A program made the translations under genes and the position numbers. This document shows, piece by piece, positions 20,021 to 29,193 of a stretch of 64,000 nt of DNA. Positions within the stretch are counted from its first letter, which is position 1. Each line of letters begins with the position of its first letter. Under the pieces are notes generated by a model. The model saw only the letters and a program-made list of their open reading frames with translations. It had not been told where the DNA came from and searched no databases. The stretch is taken from NCBI GenBank assembly GCA_039586795.1, contig JBDHJS010000006.1, forward strand, positions 64,001-128,000. Direction: 5' to 3'. The DNA comes from Gemmatimonadota bacterium (GTDB lineage: Bacteria; Gemmatimonadota; Gemmatimonadetes; Palauibacterales; KS3-K002).

Positions 20021-20328
20021 GCGACGCGTCGGGTAAGGAAATGGTCGAGGTCGAGATCCTCGGAGAGGCCTATACGCTCGCATCGGAAACGAGTCCTGAG
20101 TACACCGTACAAGTCGCCAAGCACGTCGATGAGATGGCGCGGGAGATCCGTCAGGAGAGCGGGGTGGTCGACGGGAAAAAGGTGGCCATACTTACAGCCA
20201 TCGCCGTCACCGATCAGCTATTCCGTATGCGCGACGGCGTCGACGTGGTCAAGCAGCTGGCGGAAGGTCGCGCCGAGCGCCTGGCGGCGGAGGTGCTGGG
20301 CTTCATCGACTCGTCGGCCGGAAGTTAA
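20017..20328 (+). CDS. zapA: Cell division protein ZapA
   Basis: VEILGEAYTL...EY...VAKHVDE.....KVAILTAIAVTDQLF; conserved synteny. Confidence 0.9.
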   Translation: MSDASGKEMVEVEILGEAYTLASETSPEYTVQVAKHVDEMAREIRQESGVVDGKKVAILTAIAVTDQLFRMRDGVDVVKQLAEGRAERLAAEVLGFIDSSAGS

Positions 20329-20404
20329 CTTGCGAAAACCTTGACCCTCTGTGTAACTTTTCAGATAGCCCTGTGGCTGTCTGGAAAATGCCTATAATTA
20401 GCTC

Positions 20405-20602
20405 AGGATTCAGTTTGCATAGTCGTCGAAACGCTGTCGGTACTCGTTATCTCAACTTCCGGAGCCCTGGAGTGAGCCACGTAGGGGTACTCAGCGGGTA
20501 GCGGCTTCTATCCGCCGGTTGAAACGCACCGCCGGCGGTGCAACTGTATCCATCGTATTAGTTCTTCCAGCGGCAATGGCCTGGGGCCTTTGCCGCTGTT
20601 TT
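20405..20602 (+). ncRNA. ssrS: Probable 6S RNA
   Basis: Between zapA and rny (a usual ssrS position); TATAAT at 20393-20398; closing stem GGATTCAGTTTGCAT (20406) / GTGCAACTGTATCC (to 20551); terminator follows. Confidence 0.65.
20568..20602 (+). terminator. Intrinsic terminator
   Basis: CAGCGGCAA/TTGCCGCTG stem followed by TTTT. Confidence 0.75.
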
Positions 20603-20645
20603 GGTTCGGGCGGGTGACCGCACGAGCTCGATAAAGAGAGGTAAC

Positions 20646-22223
20646 GTGGTGAACTGGATCGTAGCCCTAGTCGCCCTGGCGGCCGGTGGAGCCATCGGGT
20701 GGACCATCGCCTTTTTCCTCGTGCGGCGATTCGAAGGTGGGCGAATTCAAGAAGAGCGAAAGAAGGCCACCGCCGAGGCGGATCGCATTTTAGGTAACGC
20801 CCAGACCGAGGCGGAGAGCCTTAAGCGCAGCGCCCAGCTCGAGGCAAAAGAAGAGCTGCTGCGATCGCGGGAGAGCCTGGAATCCGAGCTTGCCAAGCGC
20901 CGCTCCGAGGTCGAGCGGACGGAACGGCGGCTCGACGACCGAGAGAGCCTGCTCGATAGGAAATACGCGACCCTCGATCAGAAGCAGGAGCAGATCGAGA
21001 AGCGCGCGTCCGAGCTCGAGCAGCACGAGAAGGCCGTCGAGGAGCAGCGCACGCGCTACGACGATCTGGTCGACGAAGAGCGCAAGAAGCTTGAGCGAGT
21101 GGCGGGAATGACCGCCGAGAAGGCGCGGGCCGAACTACTACGCCGGGCCAAAGAAGAGGCCCGGGCAGAAGCCGCGCAGCTCGTTCGCCGCATCAAAGAC
21201 GAATCCACGCGCAACGCGGAGCGCGAGGCGCGGAACATCGTATCGATGGCGATCGAGAAGATCGCCGCCGACCACGCCGCCGAAGCGACCGTTTCGGTCG
21301 TGCCCCTACCCAACGATGAGATGAAGGGCCGCATCATCGGGCGCGAGGGGCGAAACATCCGCGCATTCGAGAGCATCACGGGAGTCGACGTCATCGTCGA
21401 TGACACTCCCGAAGCTGTCATCCTCTCCGCTTTCGACCCCGTACGCCGCGAGATCGCCCGCATAGCTATGGACAAGCTCGTTGCCGACGGGCGGATCCAC
21501 CCGGGCAGGATCGAGGAGGTCGTCGAGAAGGCGAAGAAAGAGGTCGAGCAGAGCATGCAGGAGGCCGCCGAGGATGCGTGCTATGGACTCGGTATTCATG
21601 GGCTTCATCAAAACATCATGGAAACCCTCGGTCGTATGAAGTACCGGACCTCGTACGGCCAGAACCAGCTGCAACATTCGATCGAAGTCGCGCGCCTGAC
21701 CGGCAACATGGCCGCCGAGCTCGGCCTCAACACCGAGATGGCAAAGCGCATGGGGCTCTTGCACGACATCGGCAAGGGCATGACCCACGAACACGAGGGT
21801 ACGCACGTCGAGCTCGGCCACGAGCTCTGCAAGCGCTGCAACGAACCCGACCAGGTGCTCAACGCGATTCGCGCACACCACGGCGAAGAGCCCGCTCGCT
21901 ACCCGGAGACCTTCCTGCTCACCGCCGCCGACGCGATCTCCGGCGCTCGCCCTGGCGCGCGTCGTGAGTCGTTCGAAGCTTACGTCAAGCGGCTCGAAAA
22001 GCTGGAAGAGATCGCCACCTCTTTCGATGGCGTGCAGAAGTGCTTCGCCATCCAGGCTGGCCGCGAAGTCCGTATCATGGTCACCCCGGAAGCCATATCT
22101 GATGAGGACATGGCCGTGCTGAGCGAAAATACCGCCCGGCGCATCGAGCAAGAGCTTCAGTATCCCGGGCAGATCAAAGTTGTAGTCGTTCGAGAGACGC
22201 GCGCCGTCGATTTCGCGCGCTAG
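20646..22223 (+). CDS. rny: Ribonuclease Y
   Basis: N-terminal TM, coiled coil, KH MKGRIIGREGRNIR, HD domain LLHDIGK, ADAISGARPGAR. Confidence 0.97.
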   Translation: MVNWIVALVALAAGGAIGWTIAFFLVRRFEGGRIQEERKKATAEADRILGNAQTEAESLKRSAQLEAKEELLRSRESLESELAKRRSEVERTERRLDDRESLLDRKYATLDQKQEQIEKRASELEQHEKAVEEQRTRYDDLVDEERKKLERVAGMTAEKARAELLRRAKEEARAEAAQLVRRIKDESTRNAEREARNIVSMAIEKIAADHAAEATVSVVPLPNDEMKGRIIGREGRNIRAFESITGVDVIVDDTPEAVILSAFDPVRREIARIAMDKLVADGRIHPGRIEEVVEKAKKEVEQSMQEAAEDACYGLGIHGLHQNIMETLGRMKYRTSYGQNQLQHSIEVARLTGNMAAELGLNTEMAKRMGLLHDIGKGMTHEHEGTHVELGHELCKRCNEPDQVLNAIRAHHGEEPARYPETFLLTAADAISGARPGARRESFEAYVKRLEKLEEIATSFDGVQKCFAIQAGREVRIMVTPEAISDEDMAVLSENTARRIEQELQYPGQIKVVVVRETRAVDFAR

Positions 22224-22292
22224 AAGGGAGCAGGCAGAACGGCGGCTACCGACCGTCCGCCCCGACCCGGCCGCCAACCGTCGCCTAACAAA

Positions 22293-23081
22293 ATGAGGAT
22301 CCTGTTCATCGCCGACCTGGTCGGCAAGCCGGGGCGTCGGGTCACGCACGCGCTGCTCCCAAGCCTCCGCAATGATCGCGACATCGACGTCGTCGTTGCC
22401 AACGGTGAGAACCTCGCCGGCGGCTACGGTGTCACGCCGGCGCTCATCTCGGCGCTGTTCAGCAGCGGCGTCGACGTCGTCACTTCTGGCAACCACATCT
22501 GGGACCGCAGCGAGGGCGTCGTGCTTCTCGACGATGAACCCCGCATGCTACGACCGGCCAACTACCCATCAGGAAATCCCGGCCACGGCTACCACATCGT
22601 CACCGCCGGGAACGCCAAACTGGCCGTCGTCAACCTGCAGGGCCGGGTCTTCATGCAGCCTATCGACGACCCGTTCCGCACCGGCCGCGCTCTCGTCGAC
22701 GTGCTTCGTGCGGAGACCAATAACATCGTGATAGATTTCCATGCCGAAGCGACAGCCGAAAAATTGGCGTTCGCTCACTACATCGACGGATTGGTGAGCG
22801 CCGTGGTCGGCACCCATACGCATGTCCCGACGGCGGATGCACGCATTCTGCCAGGCGGTACCGCCTACGTGACTGACCTGGGAATGACGGGTTCACACGC
22901 CGGCGTGATCGGCTTCCGGGCCGAAACGGCTGTGCAGCGACAGGTCCTCGGACGACGCGTTCGTCTCGAGCTTGCCGAGGGAGACCTGCGTCTCCAGGGT
23001 GCGATCGTGGACATCAATGTCGCTTCTGGCCATTCAACAGCGATCGAGCGGATCGATATCCAGTACGAGGAGGAGGACTGA
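22293..23081 (+). CDS. ymdB: YmdB-like (TIGR00282-type) metallophosphoesterase
   Basis: DLVGKPGR, ANGEN, TSGNH, RPANYP, DFHAEATAEK, GTHTHV, TDLGMTG. Confidence 0.93.
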   Translation: MRILFIADLVGKPGRRVTHALLPSLRNDRDIDVVVANGENLAGGYGVTPALISALFSSGVDVVTSGNHIWDRSEGVVLLDDEPRMLRPANYPSGNPGHGYHIVTAGNAKLAVVNLQGRVFMQPIDDPFRTGRALVDVLRAETNNIVIDFHAEATAEKLAFAHYIDGLVSAVVGTHTHVPTADARILPGGTAYVTDLGMTGSHAGVIGFRAETAVQRQVLGRRVRLELAEGDLRLQGAIVDINVASGHSTAIERIDIQYEEED

Positions 23082-23082
23082 A

Positions 23083-23970
23083 GTGGCTGAAGTTATCGAT
23101 GGAAAACAGATAGCAGCCGACATTCGAGCCGAAGTCAAGCAACACGTGGAGGGGCTACAGGCGAAGGGCGTCACGCCTGGACTGTCCGTCGTCCTGGTTG
23201 GCGACGACCCGGCCAGCGGCGTCTACGTGCGCATGAAAGCCAAAGCGTGCGAGGAAACCGGCATCAAGTCCGAAGTCATCAGGTTACCCGAAGAGACCAC
23301 GCAGGGGGAGCTCGAGTCCGTCATCGATCGCCTCAACGCGGATGATTCGGTGCATGGCATCCTGGTTCAGCTGCCGCTCCCGTCGCAGATCGAAGAGAAG
23401 GACATCATCTTCCGGATCGCTCCGGAGAAGGATGTGGACGGCTTCCACCCGGTGAGCGTCGGCCGGATGATGATCGGAGACCCCAGCGCCTTTCGGCCCG
23501 CCACGCCCGCCGGGGTCGTGGAGATGCTTATGAGGACTGGGAACGATCCGTCCGGCAAGCGGGTCGCTATCGTCGGTAGGTCCAACATCGTCGGCAAGCC
23601 GTTAGCCGTGCTCCTCGGGCAGAAGATGAAGGGCGGCAACGCCACGGTCACTCTGGCGCATAGCCGCACGCCCGATCTGCCGGACGTGCTCAAGGAGGGC
23701 GATATCCTGGTCGCCGCCATCGGCGTTCCCGAGTTCGTCAAAGCGGACATGGTCAAGCCGGGCGCCGTCGTCATCGATGTTGGCGTCAATCGCGTCGATG
23801 ACCCCAGCACCGAGAAAGGCTACCGCCTGGTCGGTGACGTCGCCTACGACGAAGTCTTTGAAGTGGCAAGCGCCATCACACCGGTGCCCGGCGGCGTCGG
23901 TCCGATGACTATCGCTATGTTGTTGACCAACTGCATACAGGCGGCGCGGGAGATCAGCGGAGTTTCGTGA
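23083..23970 (+). CDS. folD: Methylenetetrahydrofolate dehydrogenase/cyclohydrolase
   Basis: VGDDPAS, GILVQLPLP, KDVDGFH, GRSNIVGKP, ITPVPGGVGPMT. Confidence 0.97.
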   Translation: MAEVIDGKQIAADIRAEVKQHVEGLQAKGVTPGLSVVLVGDDPASGVYVRMKAKACEETGIKSEVIRLPEETTQGELESVIDRLNADDSVHGILVQLPLPSQIEEKDIIFRIAPEKDVDGFHPVSVGRMMIGDPSAFRPATPAGVVEMLMRTGNDPSGKRVAIVGRSNIVGKPLAVLLGQKMKGGNATVTLAHSRTPDLPDVLKEGDILVAAIGVPEFVKADMVKPGAVVIDVGVNRVDDPSTEKGYRLVGDVAYDEVFEVASAITPVPGGVGPMTIAMLLTNCIQAAREISGVS

Positions 23971-25154
23971 ACCGCGATCTGTTCTTCCAGGCGGCTAATA
24001 CGCGCGCACTAGGACGCGATCAAGTTCCGCAGGTCTGGAGCGTCAGCCAGGTCAATACGCTGGCGCGGGAGCTGCTCGAGAGCACGCTCCCACTCTTCTG
24101 GGTGGCCGGTGAGGTATCGGGGTTCAAGCGATACCCATCCGGCCACTGCTATTTCTCGCTAAAAGACTCGGGTGCGCAGCTGAACTGCGTCATGTGGCGC
24201 GACCAGGCCCGCGGTCTGCCGGCGGAGCCGCCGGAAGGCATGGAGGTTCACGCCTTCGGCTACCTGTCGATCTACGAGCGAGCCGGTCGCTTCCAGTTCG
24301 TGGCTCGCAAGCTGACGGCGCAGGGTGAAGGGCTCTGGAGGGTGGCGTTCGAGAAGGCTCGCGAGAAGCTGGAGTCCGACGGTCTCCTCGATCCCGACCG
24401 CAAGCAACCGCTTCCGGCCTTCCCGGGTTGCGTCGGTATCGTGACCTCGTTGGAAGGCGCCGCGGTTCGCGATATCGTATCGATCATCAGGCGACGTGCT
24501 CCCTGGACCGACCTCCTCGTCTATCCGACCCGGGTGCAGGGCGACGGCGCGCCTGCCGAAATCATCAACGCCGTCCGCCGTGCATCCCAGACGACCAGGG
24601 CCGATGTGCTGATTGTCGGCCGCGGCGGAGGCTCGTTGGAGGATCTGCAGGCGTTCAACGAGGAAACGGTGGCTCGCGCCATCGCCGCTTCGCGCGTCCC
24701 GGTGATTTCGGCTGTTGGCCACGAAGCCGATGTGACCCTGTGCGACCTCGTCGCCGACCGACGCGCCGCCACGCCGTCAGCCGCCGCCGAGCTGGCCGTT
24801 CCGGACGGCGACCGGCTCCGCGACGAGCTGACCGGTCGGTCTCAGCGGATGGCGGCGGCGTTGCGCAACGGGTTGAAGCGCGGAGCGCGACGCGTCGCAA
24901 GGCTCGAGGATCGTCTGATCGCTTCGGTAACCGCATCCATCGAGCGCCGCCGCAACGTGGTCGAGGGCTTCAAACGGCGGCTCACAGCCCTGGGACCCAT
25001 GGAGGTGCTCGAGCGCGGCTACGCGGTTGCCCTGGATGCCGACGGGCGTATTCTCCGTAGTGTCGATAGCTTTCAGACCGGAAAGCGATTCACCCTCCGC
25101 ATCAAGGATGGCCAGATCATAGCTCGCGTAGAGGATGTTGGTGAAGGCTCATGA
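23967..25154 (+). CDS. xseA: Exodeoxyribonuclease VII large subunit
   Basis: GEVSG..SGHCYFSLKD, GRGGGSLEDL, SAVGHE, ATPSAAAE, LERGYA. Confidence 0.96.
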   Translation: MNRDLFFQAANTRALGRDQVPQVWSVSQVNTLARELLESTLPLFWVAGEVSGFKRYPSGHCYFSLKDSGAQLNCVMWRDQARGLPAEPPEGMEVHAFGYLSIYERAGRFQFVARKLTAQGEGLWRVAFEKAREKLESDGLLDPDRKQPLPAFPGCVGIVTSLEGAAVRDIVSIIRRRAPWTDLLVYPTRVQGDGAPAEIINAVRRASQTTRADVLIVGRGGGSLEDLQAFNEETVARAIAASRVPVISAVGHEADVTLCDLVADRRAATPSAAAELAVPDGDRLRDELTGRSQRMAAALRNGLKRGARRVARLEDRLIASVTASIERRRNVVEGFKRRLTALGPMEVLERGYAVALDADGRILRSVDSFQTGKRFTLRIKDGQIIARVEDVGEGS

Positions 25155-25173
25155 CCAGCAAGGCGAGAAGCGC

Positions 25174-25416
25174 GTGACCAAGAAGATCAGTTTGGGTAAG
25201 GCCCTCGATCGCCTGGAAGAGATCGTCAACAAGCTCGAGCGAGAAGAGCTCGAACTGGAGGACTCTCTACGCCTGTTCGATGAGGGTATGGAGCTGATCC
25301 GTGCCGCCGAGCACGATCTGATCGAATCGGAAGGACGGTTGAAGCAGGTGTTGGTCGATCGGAGCGGCAAGGAGCGGTTGGCGGATGTGGATCTGACTGA
25401 AGAATCCGAAGAGTAG
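25174..25416 (+). CDS. xseB: Exodeoxyribonuclease VII small subunit
   Basis: LDRLEEIVNKLE...LEDSLRLFDEGM; follows xseA. Confidence 0.92.
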   Translation: MTKKISLGKALDRLEEIVNKLEREELELEDSLRLFDEGMELIRAAEHDLIESEGRLKQVLVDRSGKERLADVDLTEESEE

Positions 25417-25421
25417 ATTGC

Positions 25422-25484
25422 GGTAAGGAGTAAGGGGTATGGACTACTTACTCCTCACCCCTCACCCTTTACCCCTCACCTCTT
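25422..25484. repeat. Heptamer tandem repeat with short inverted arm
   Basis: GTAAGGA GTAAGGG facing CTTACTC CTCACCC CTCACCC TTTACCC CTCACCT. Confidence 0.75.
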
Positions 25485-25511
25485 AGAAAGCACGAGCAAC
25501 GCAACGAACAG

Positions 25512-26408
25512 ATGACCCTGGATCTAGCTAACTACTTGGACGAGCAAAAGGACCGCGTCAACCGCGCGCTAGCGAGTGTCCTCGACGACTACCTCGACGG
25601 CGTCGACCCCTGGCTGACCGAGCCCATCCGTTACGCCTGTGAAGGTGCGGGCAAGCGATTCCGCCCTGTACTGTTCCTCGCCTGCTACAGAATCTCGGGG
25701 CGCGAACCGAACGAGCGCGTCGAACGACTCGCCACTGCGCTGGAGATCGTTCACGCCTACTCCCTCGTTCACGACGATCTGCCGTGTATGGATGACGATG
25801 ACTGGCGCCGCGGACGGCCAACCTGCCATCGCACCTTCGGTGTTGAGCGGGCGACGATCGCCGCGGCCGCCATGGTCCCGCTGGCGGGTTGGGTCATCGC
25901 GAGCGAAGCACGGTCGCTTGGTTTTGACGCTGCCCAGTGTGCCTTGCTGGTTGAAGAGCTTTCCGACGCCGCTGGCCCCATCGGGATGGTCGGCGGGCAG
26001 GCTCTCGACCTCATTGCCGAGGGCCAGGTGGTGACCGGCGAGCAGCTGGCCGAGATCCATCAACGGAAGACCGGGGCCCTGATCCGGGTTTCGGCGCGCC
26101 TGGGTGCCCACGTCGGACGCGTCGAGCCGCATCAGCTCGATGCCATCACTCGCTACGGCGAGGAGGTGGGGCTCGCCTTCCAGATCGCGGACGATATTCT
26201 CGATGAGCAGATCGCGACCAGCGGAACGGATCCGCGGAGCGATCAGGAACTCCGCAAAGCGACGTATCCCGGCGTTCACGGCACGGAGGAAGCTCGTATC
26301 ATGGCCCGAAAGCTAGCCGAGGAGTCGATAACCACGCTTCGCGGCGCGGGCATCGCGAGCGCCGCTTTGGAGCGGCTGGCGATGCACGTGGTGGAGCGCG
26401 AAAGCTGA
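25512..26408 (+). CDS. ispA: Polyprenyl (farnesyl/geranylgeranyl) diphosphate synthase
   Basis: GKRFRP, SLVHDDLPCMDDDDWRRGRPT, GQALD, KTGAL, FQIADDILD. Confidence 0.92.
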   Translation: MTLDLANYLDEQKDRVNRALASVLDDYLDGVDPWLTEPIRYACEGAGKRFRPVLFLACYRISGREPNERVERLATALEIVHAYSLVHDDLPCMDDDDWRRGRPTCHRTFGVERATIAAAAMVPLAGWVIASEARSLGFDAAQCALLVEELSDAAGPIGMVGGQALDLIAEGQVVTGEQLAEIHQRKTGALIRVSARLGAHVGRVEPHQLDAITRYGEEVGLAFQIADDILDEQIATSGTDPRSDQELRKATYPGVHGTEEARIMARKLAEESITTLRGAGIASAALERLAMHVVERES

Positions 26409-26485
26409 GCCGCGCCAACCCGGAAGTCGGTACTTGTTGACGGCGCGTTGATCCTGCCTATTCATCCTCGGAGGAACCTCTTCCG

Positions 26486-27370
26486 GTGAGCCGTATGAAA
26501 CGAATAGGTGTTATAGGACACCCGGAATACACGAACGTGGCGCCCGCTCTGGAGCGGCTGTTGGAACTCACGTTGGCCCACGGTCTCGAGTTGCTGGTCG
26601 GTGAGTCCATGCAGACCGGCGTCGCGGCCAGCACCGCGAGCCTGCCTCAGGATGCCGATGCGATCGACTTGCTGGTCACCCTGGGTGGTGATGGCGCGTT
26701 GCTCGGCGGTGCCCGATGGGCCGGTCCCGCAGGCACGCCTGTCCTCGGCGTGAACCTGGGTCGGCTGGGCTTCCTCACCGCGGTCACGCTGGATCAGATA
26801 GATGACGCCATCCGCAGCATTGCGGACGGCGACTTTGTGATCGACGAACGGATGGCTCTCGAGGTTGCGGGCGAGCACGGAGGCGCGGCCGTCGAGCCGT
26901 ACTACGCTCTCAACGATGCGGTCCTTCACCGCGGAGGCTTGGTACGGGTCGTCACGCTCAAGGTGTGGGTCGACGACGAGGAGGTAGGTCTGTACAGAGG
27001 TGACGGCGTCATCGTGGCCACGCCTACGGGGTCCACCGCCTATTCGCTGTCCGCCGGTGGGCCGGTTCTCGACCCGCGGCTCGACGCGATTGTCATCACC
27101 CCGATCTGCCCCCACACCATGGCCGTTCGCCCCCTGGTACTGCGGGCCACGGCTCGCATCACCATCGAGGTCGTAGCGTCGCCGGAACACCTCATGCTCA
27201 CCATCGATGGACAGGTCGGCTCCGAGTTGAAGCCCGGCGACCGGGTCGTCGTTCGCAAGAGCGATCGGCCGGTCCGCCTCGTTCGACTGCCGGGTCAGTC
27301 CTTCCACTCACTACTGCGCCGAAAGCTCAAGTGGGGTGACGTCTCGGAGCGGGTGCAGTCGGACGATTGA
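26486..27370 (+). CDS. nadK: NAD kinase
   Basis: LGGDG, GVNLGRLGFL, ALND, ATPTGSTAYSLSAGG, KLKW. Confidence 0.95.
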   Translation: MSRMKRIGVIGHPEYTNVAPALERLLELTLAHGLELLVGESMQTGVAASTASLPQDADAIDLLVTLGGDGALLGGARWAGPAGTPVLGVNLGRLGFLTAVTLDQIDDAIRSIADGDFVIDERMALEVAGEHGGAAVEPYYALNDAVLHRGGLVRVVTLKVWVDDEEVGLYRGDGVIVATPTGSTAYSLSAGGPVLDPRLDAIVITPICPHTMAVRPLVLRATARITIEVVASPEHLMLTIDGQVGSELKPGDRVVVRKSDRPVRLVRLPGQSFHSLLRRKLKWGDVSERVQSDD

Positions 27371-27389
27371 TTCATCTCGTGCAATCGCC

Positions 27390-29069
27390 GTGCTGAGCGA
27401 ACTTCGAATCAAGAACTACGCGGTCATCCAGGACCTTAGCCTCCGCCTCGAACCGGGCCTCGTCGTGCTCACCGGCGAGACGGGAGCGGGGAAGTCGATC
27501 ATCGTCGGCGCCCTTTCCCTCGTGCTCGGTGAGCGCGCCACCACCGAGGTCATTCGGGCCGGCGAAGAGCGGGCGATCATCGAAGCCGCCTTCGATATCA
27601 GCCAGCGCCAAGACCTCCAGCAGCGGTGCGATGAGGCGGGAATCGAGCTGGCAGACGGCTGGCTGGTGTTGAAGCGAGAGGTGAACGCCAGCGGCCGCAG
27701 CCGCGCATGGATCAACGGTAGCCCCGCGACCGCCACTCTGACCGGCGAATTCGGCCAGGCGCTCGTCGATCTGCACGGCCAGCACGAACACCAGGCCCTC
27801 CTCCACGCCGCTCCTCAGCGCCAGATACTCGATGCTTTCGGTGGCGCAACAAAGCTGGCCGATCAGGTTCACGACACCTGGACCCGGCTCAGCGACGTGC
27901 GGCGCCGGCGCGACCGGGTGCGGGAGCAGAAAGCGCACACCGAGGAGCGGCAAGAGTTCCTGAGACATCAGGTCCAGGAAATCGACGATGCGGGCCTGGA
28001 TGCGATCGATGAAGACCTCAGAATGGCCGACGAAGAACGACGCCTGGCGCACGCCGAGGAACTGATGGAGCGTACCGAGCGATTGCACGATGCCGTCTAC
28101 GCGTCAGAGGGCTCGGCCTACGACCGTCTGGGGTCGTTGCGCCGCGAGCTCGATGCCCTCGCCAAAGTCGACCCCTCCGTCGAGGGCCAGTTCGCCGAAC
28201 TGTTCGACACGATCTACTACAATCTCCAGGAACTGGGCGAGCGACTGGCGACTTACAGGGCATCGATCGATCTCGATCCCGCTTCCCTCGATAGGGTCCG
28301 TAGCCGGATCGATACGCTCTACCGCCTCAAGTCCAAATACGGCCCCACCCTCGAGCACGTCATCGCCGCCGGCGATCAGGCCCGCAAAGAGCTGCTGACT
28401 ATGGACTCAGCGGAATTCGAGCTCGACGAGCTGGGTCGTCAGGATGCCGAGCTGACGGCCGAGCTGGAGAAGCTGGCGGCCAAACTGAGCAAAGCGCGGT
28501 CGAAGTCGGCCGACGCCCTGTCAGCCGAAGTGAACGGGATACTGCCCGAGTTGGGAATGCCCGACGGACGCTTCGAAGTCGCGCTGCTCGAGCGCCCGGC
28601 CATCGGCGCGACGGGGGCGGAAGATGTGGAGTACCGCGTTACCCTCAACAAAGGCTTCGAGCCCCGCGCCCTCGCCCGGGTCGCGTCGGGCGGAGAGCTC
28701 AGCCGGGTCATGCTGGCGCTGAAGACCATCCTCGCCCGGCTGGACAGTACTCCGACCCTCATCTTTGACGAGATCGATGCCGGGATCGGCGGGATCGTCG
28801 GTCAGAAAGTGGCCGAGCGATTGAAGATCGTGGCCGGCCACCACCAGGTCTTCGTGATCACGCACTTGCCTCAGATCGCCGCCGTGGCCGACCACCACCT
28901 TCTGGTGACTAAAGGCACGAGGGGCAAAACGACCGCGACCGCGGTCTCCGAACTTTCCGGCGATGACCGGGTCCGCGACCTCGCCCGCATGCTGGGTGGC
29001 GACCCCGATAGGGAAGAATCCCTCTCCCACGCCCGCTCCCTGATCGAAGCCCAGAACCCCTCAGGGTAA
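27390..29069 (+). CDS. recN: DNA repair protein RecN
   Basis: LTGETGAGKS, HGQHE, ASGGELSRVMLA, IFDEIDAG, ITHLPQ. Confidence 0.97.
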   Translation: MLSELRIKNYAVIQDLSLRLEPGLVVLTGETGAGKSIIVGALSLVLGERATTEVIRAGEERAIIEAAFDISQRQDLQQRCDEAGIELADGWLVLKREVNASGRSRAWINGSPATATLTGEFGQALVDLHGQHEHQALLHAAPQRQILDAFGGATKLADQVHDTWTRLSDVRRRRDRVREQKAHTEERQEFLRHQVQEIDDAGLDAIDEDLRMADEERRLAHAEELMERTERLHDAVYASEGSAYDRLGSLRRELDALAKVDPSVEGQFAELFDTIYYNLQELGERLATYRASIDLDPASLDRVRSRIDTLYRLKSKYGPTLEHVIAAGDQARKELLTMDSAEFELDELGRQDAELTAELEKLAAKLSKARSKSADALSAEVNGILPELGMPDGRFEVALLERPAIGATGAEDVEYRVTLNKGFEPRALARVASGGELSRVMLALKTILARLDSTPTLIFDEIDAGIGGIVGQKVAERLKIVAGHHQVFVITHLPQIAAVADHHLLVTKGTRGKTTATAVSELSGDDRVRDLARMLGGDPDREESLSHARSLIEAQNPSG

Positions 29070-29080
29070 ACCACCCCAAT

Positions 29081-29183
29081 ACATCTCGTACTCGTACTCC
29101 TATTCGTACTCGGAAGCACGCAGCGAGTACGATCACGAGTACGATCACCAGTACGAGTACGAGTACGAGCGGGTCTGAGATGT
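29081..29183. repeat. Hexamer-periodic (CTCGTA/TACGAG) palindrome between convergent genes
   Basis: CTCGTACTCGTACTC (29085-29099) / GAGTACGAGTACGAG (29155-29169); ACATCTC/GAGATGT outer arms. Confidence 0.8.
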
Positions 29184-29193
29184 GGAAGGTTCG

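Noticed and set aside
25512..27390. Absence of dxs, tlyA and argR from the xseB-ispA-nadK-recN cluster
   Set aside because: Ordinary lineage variation in gene order; no remnants visible
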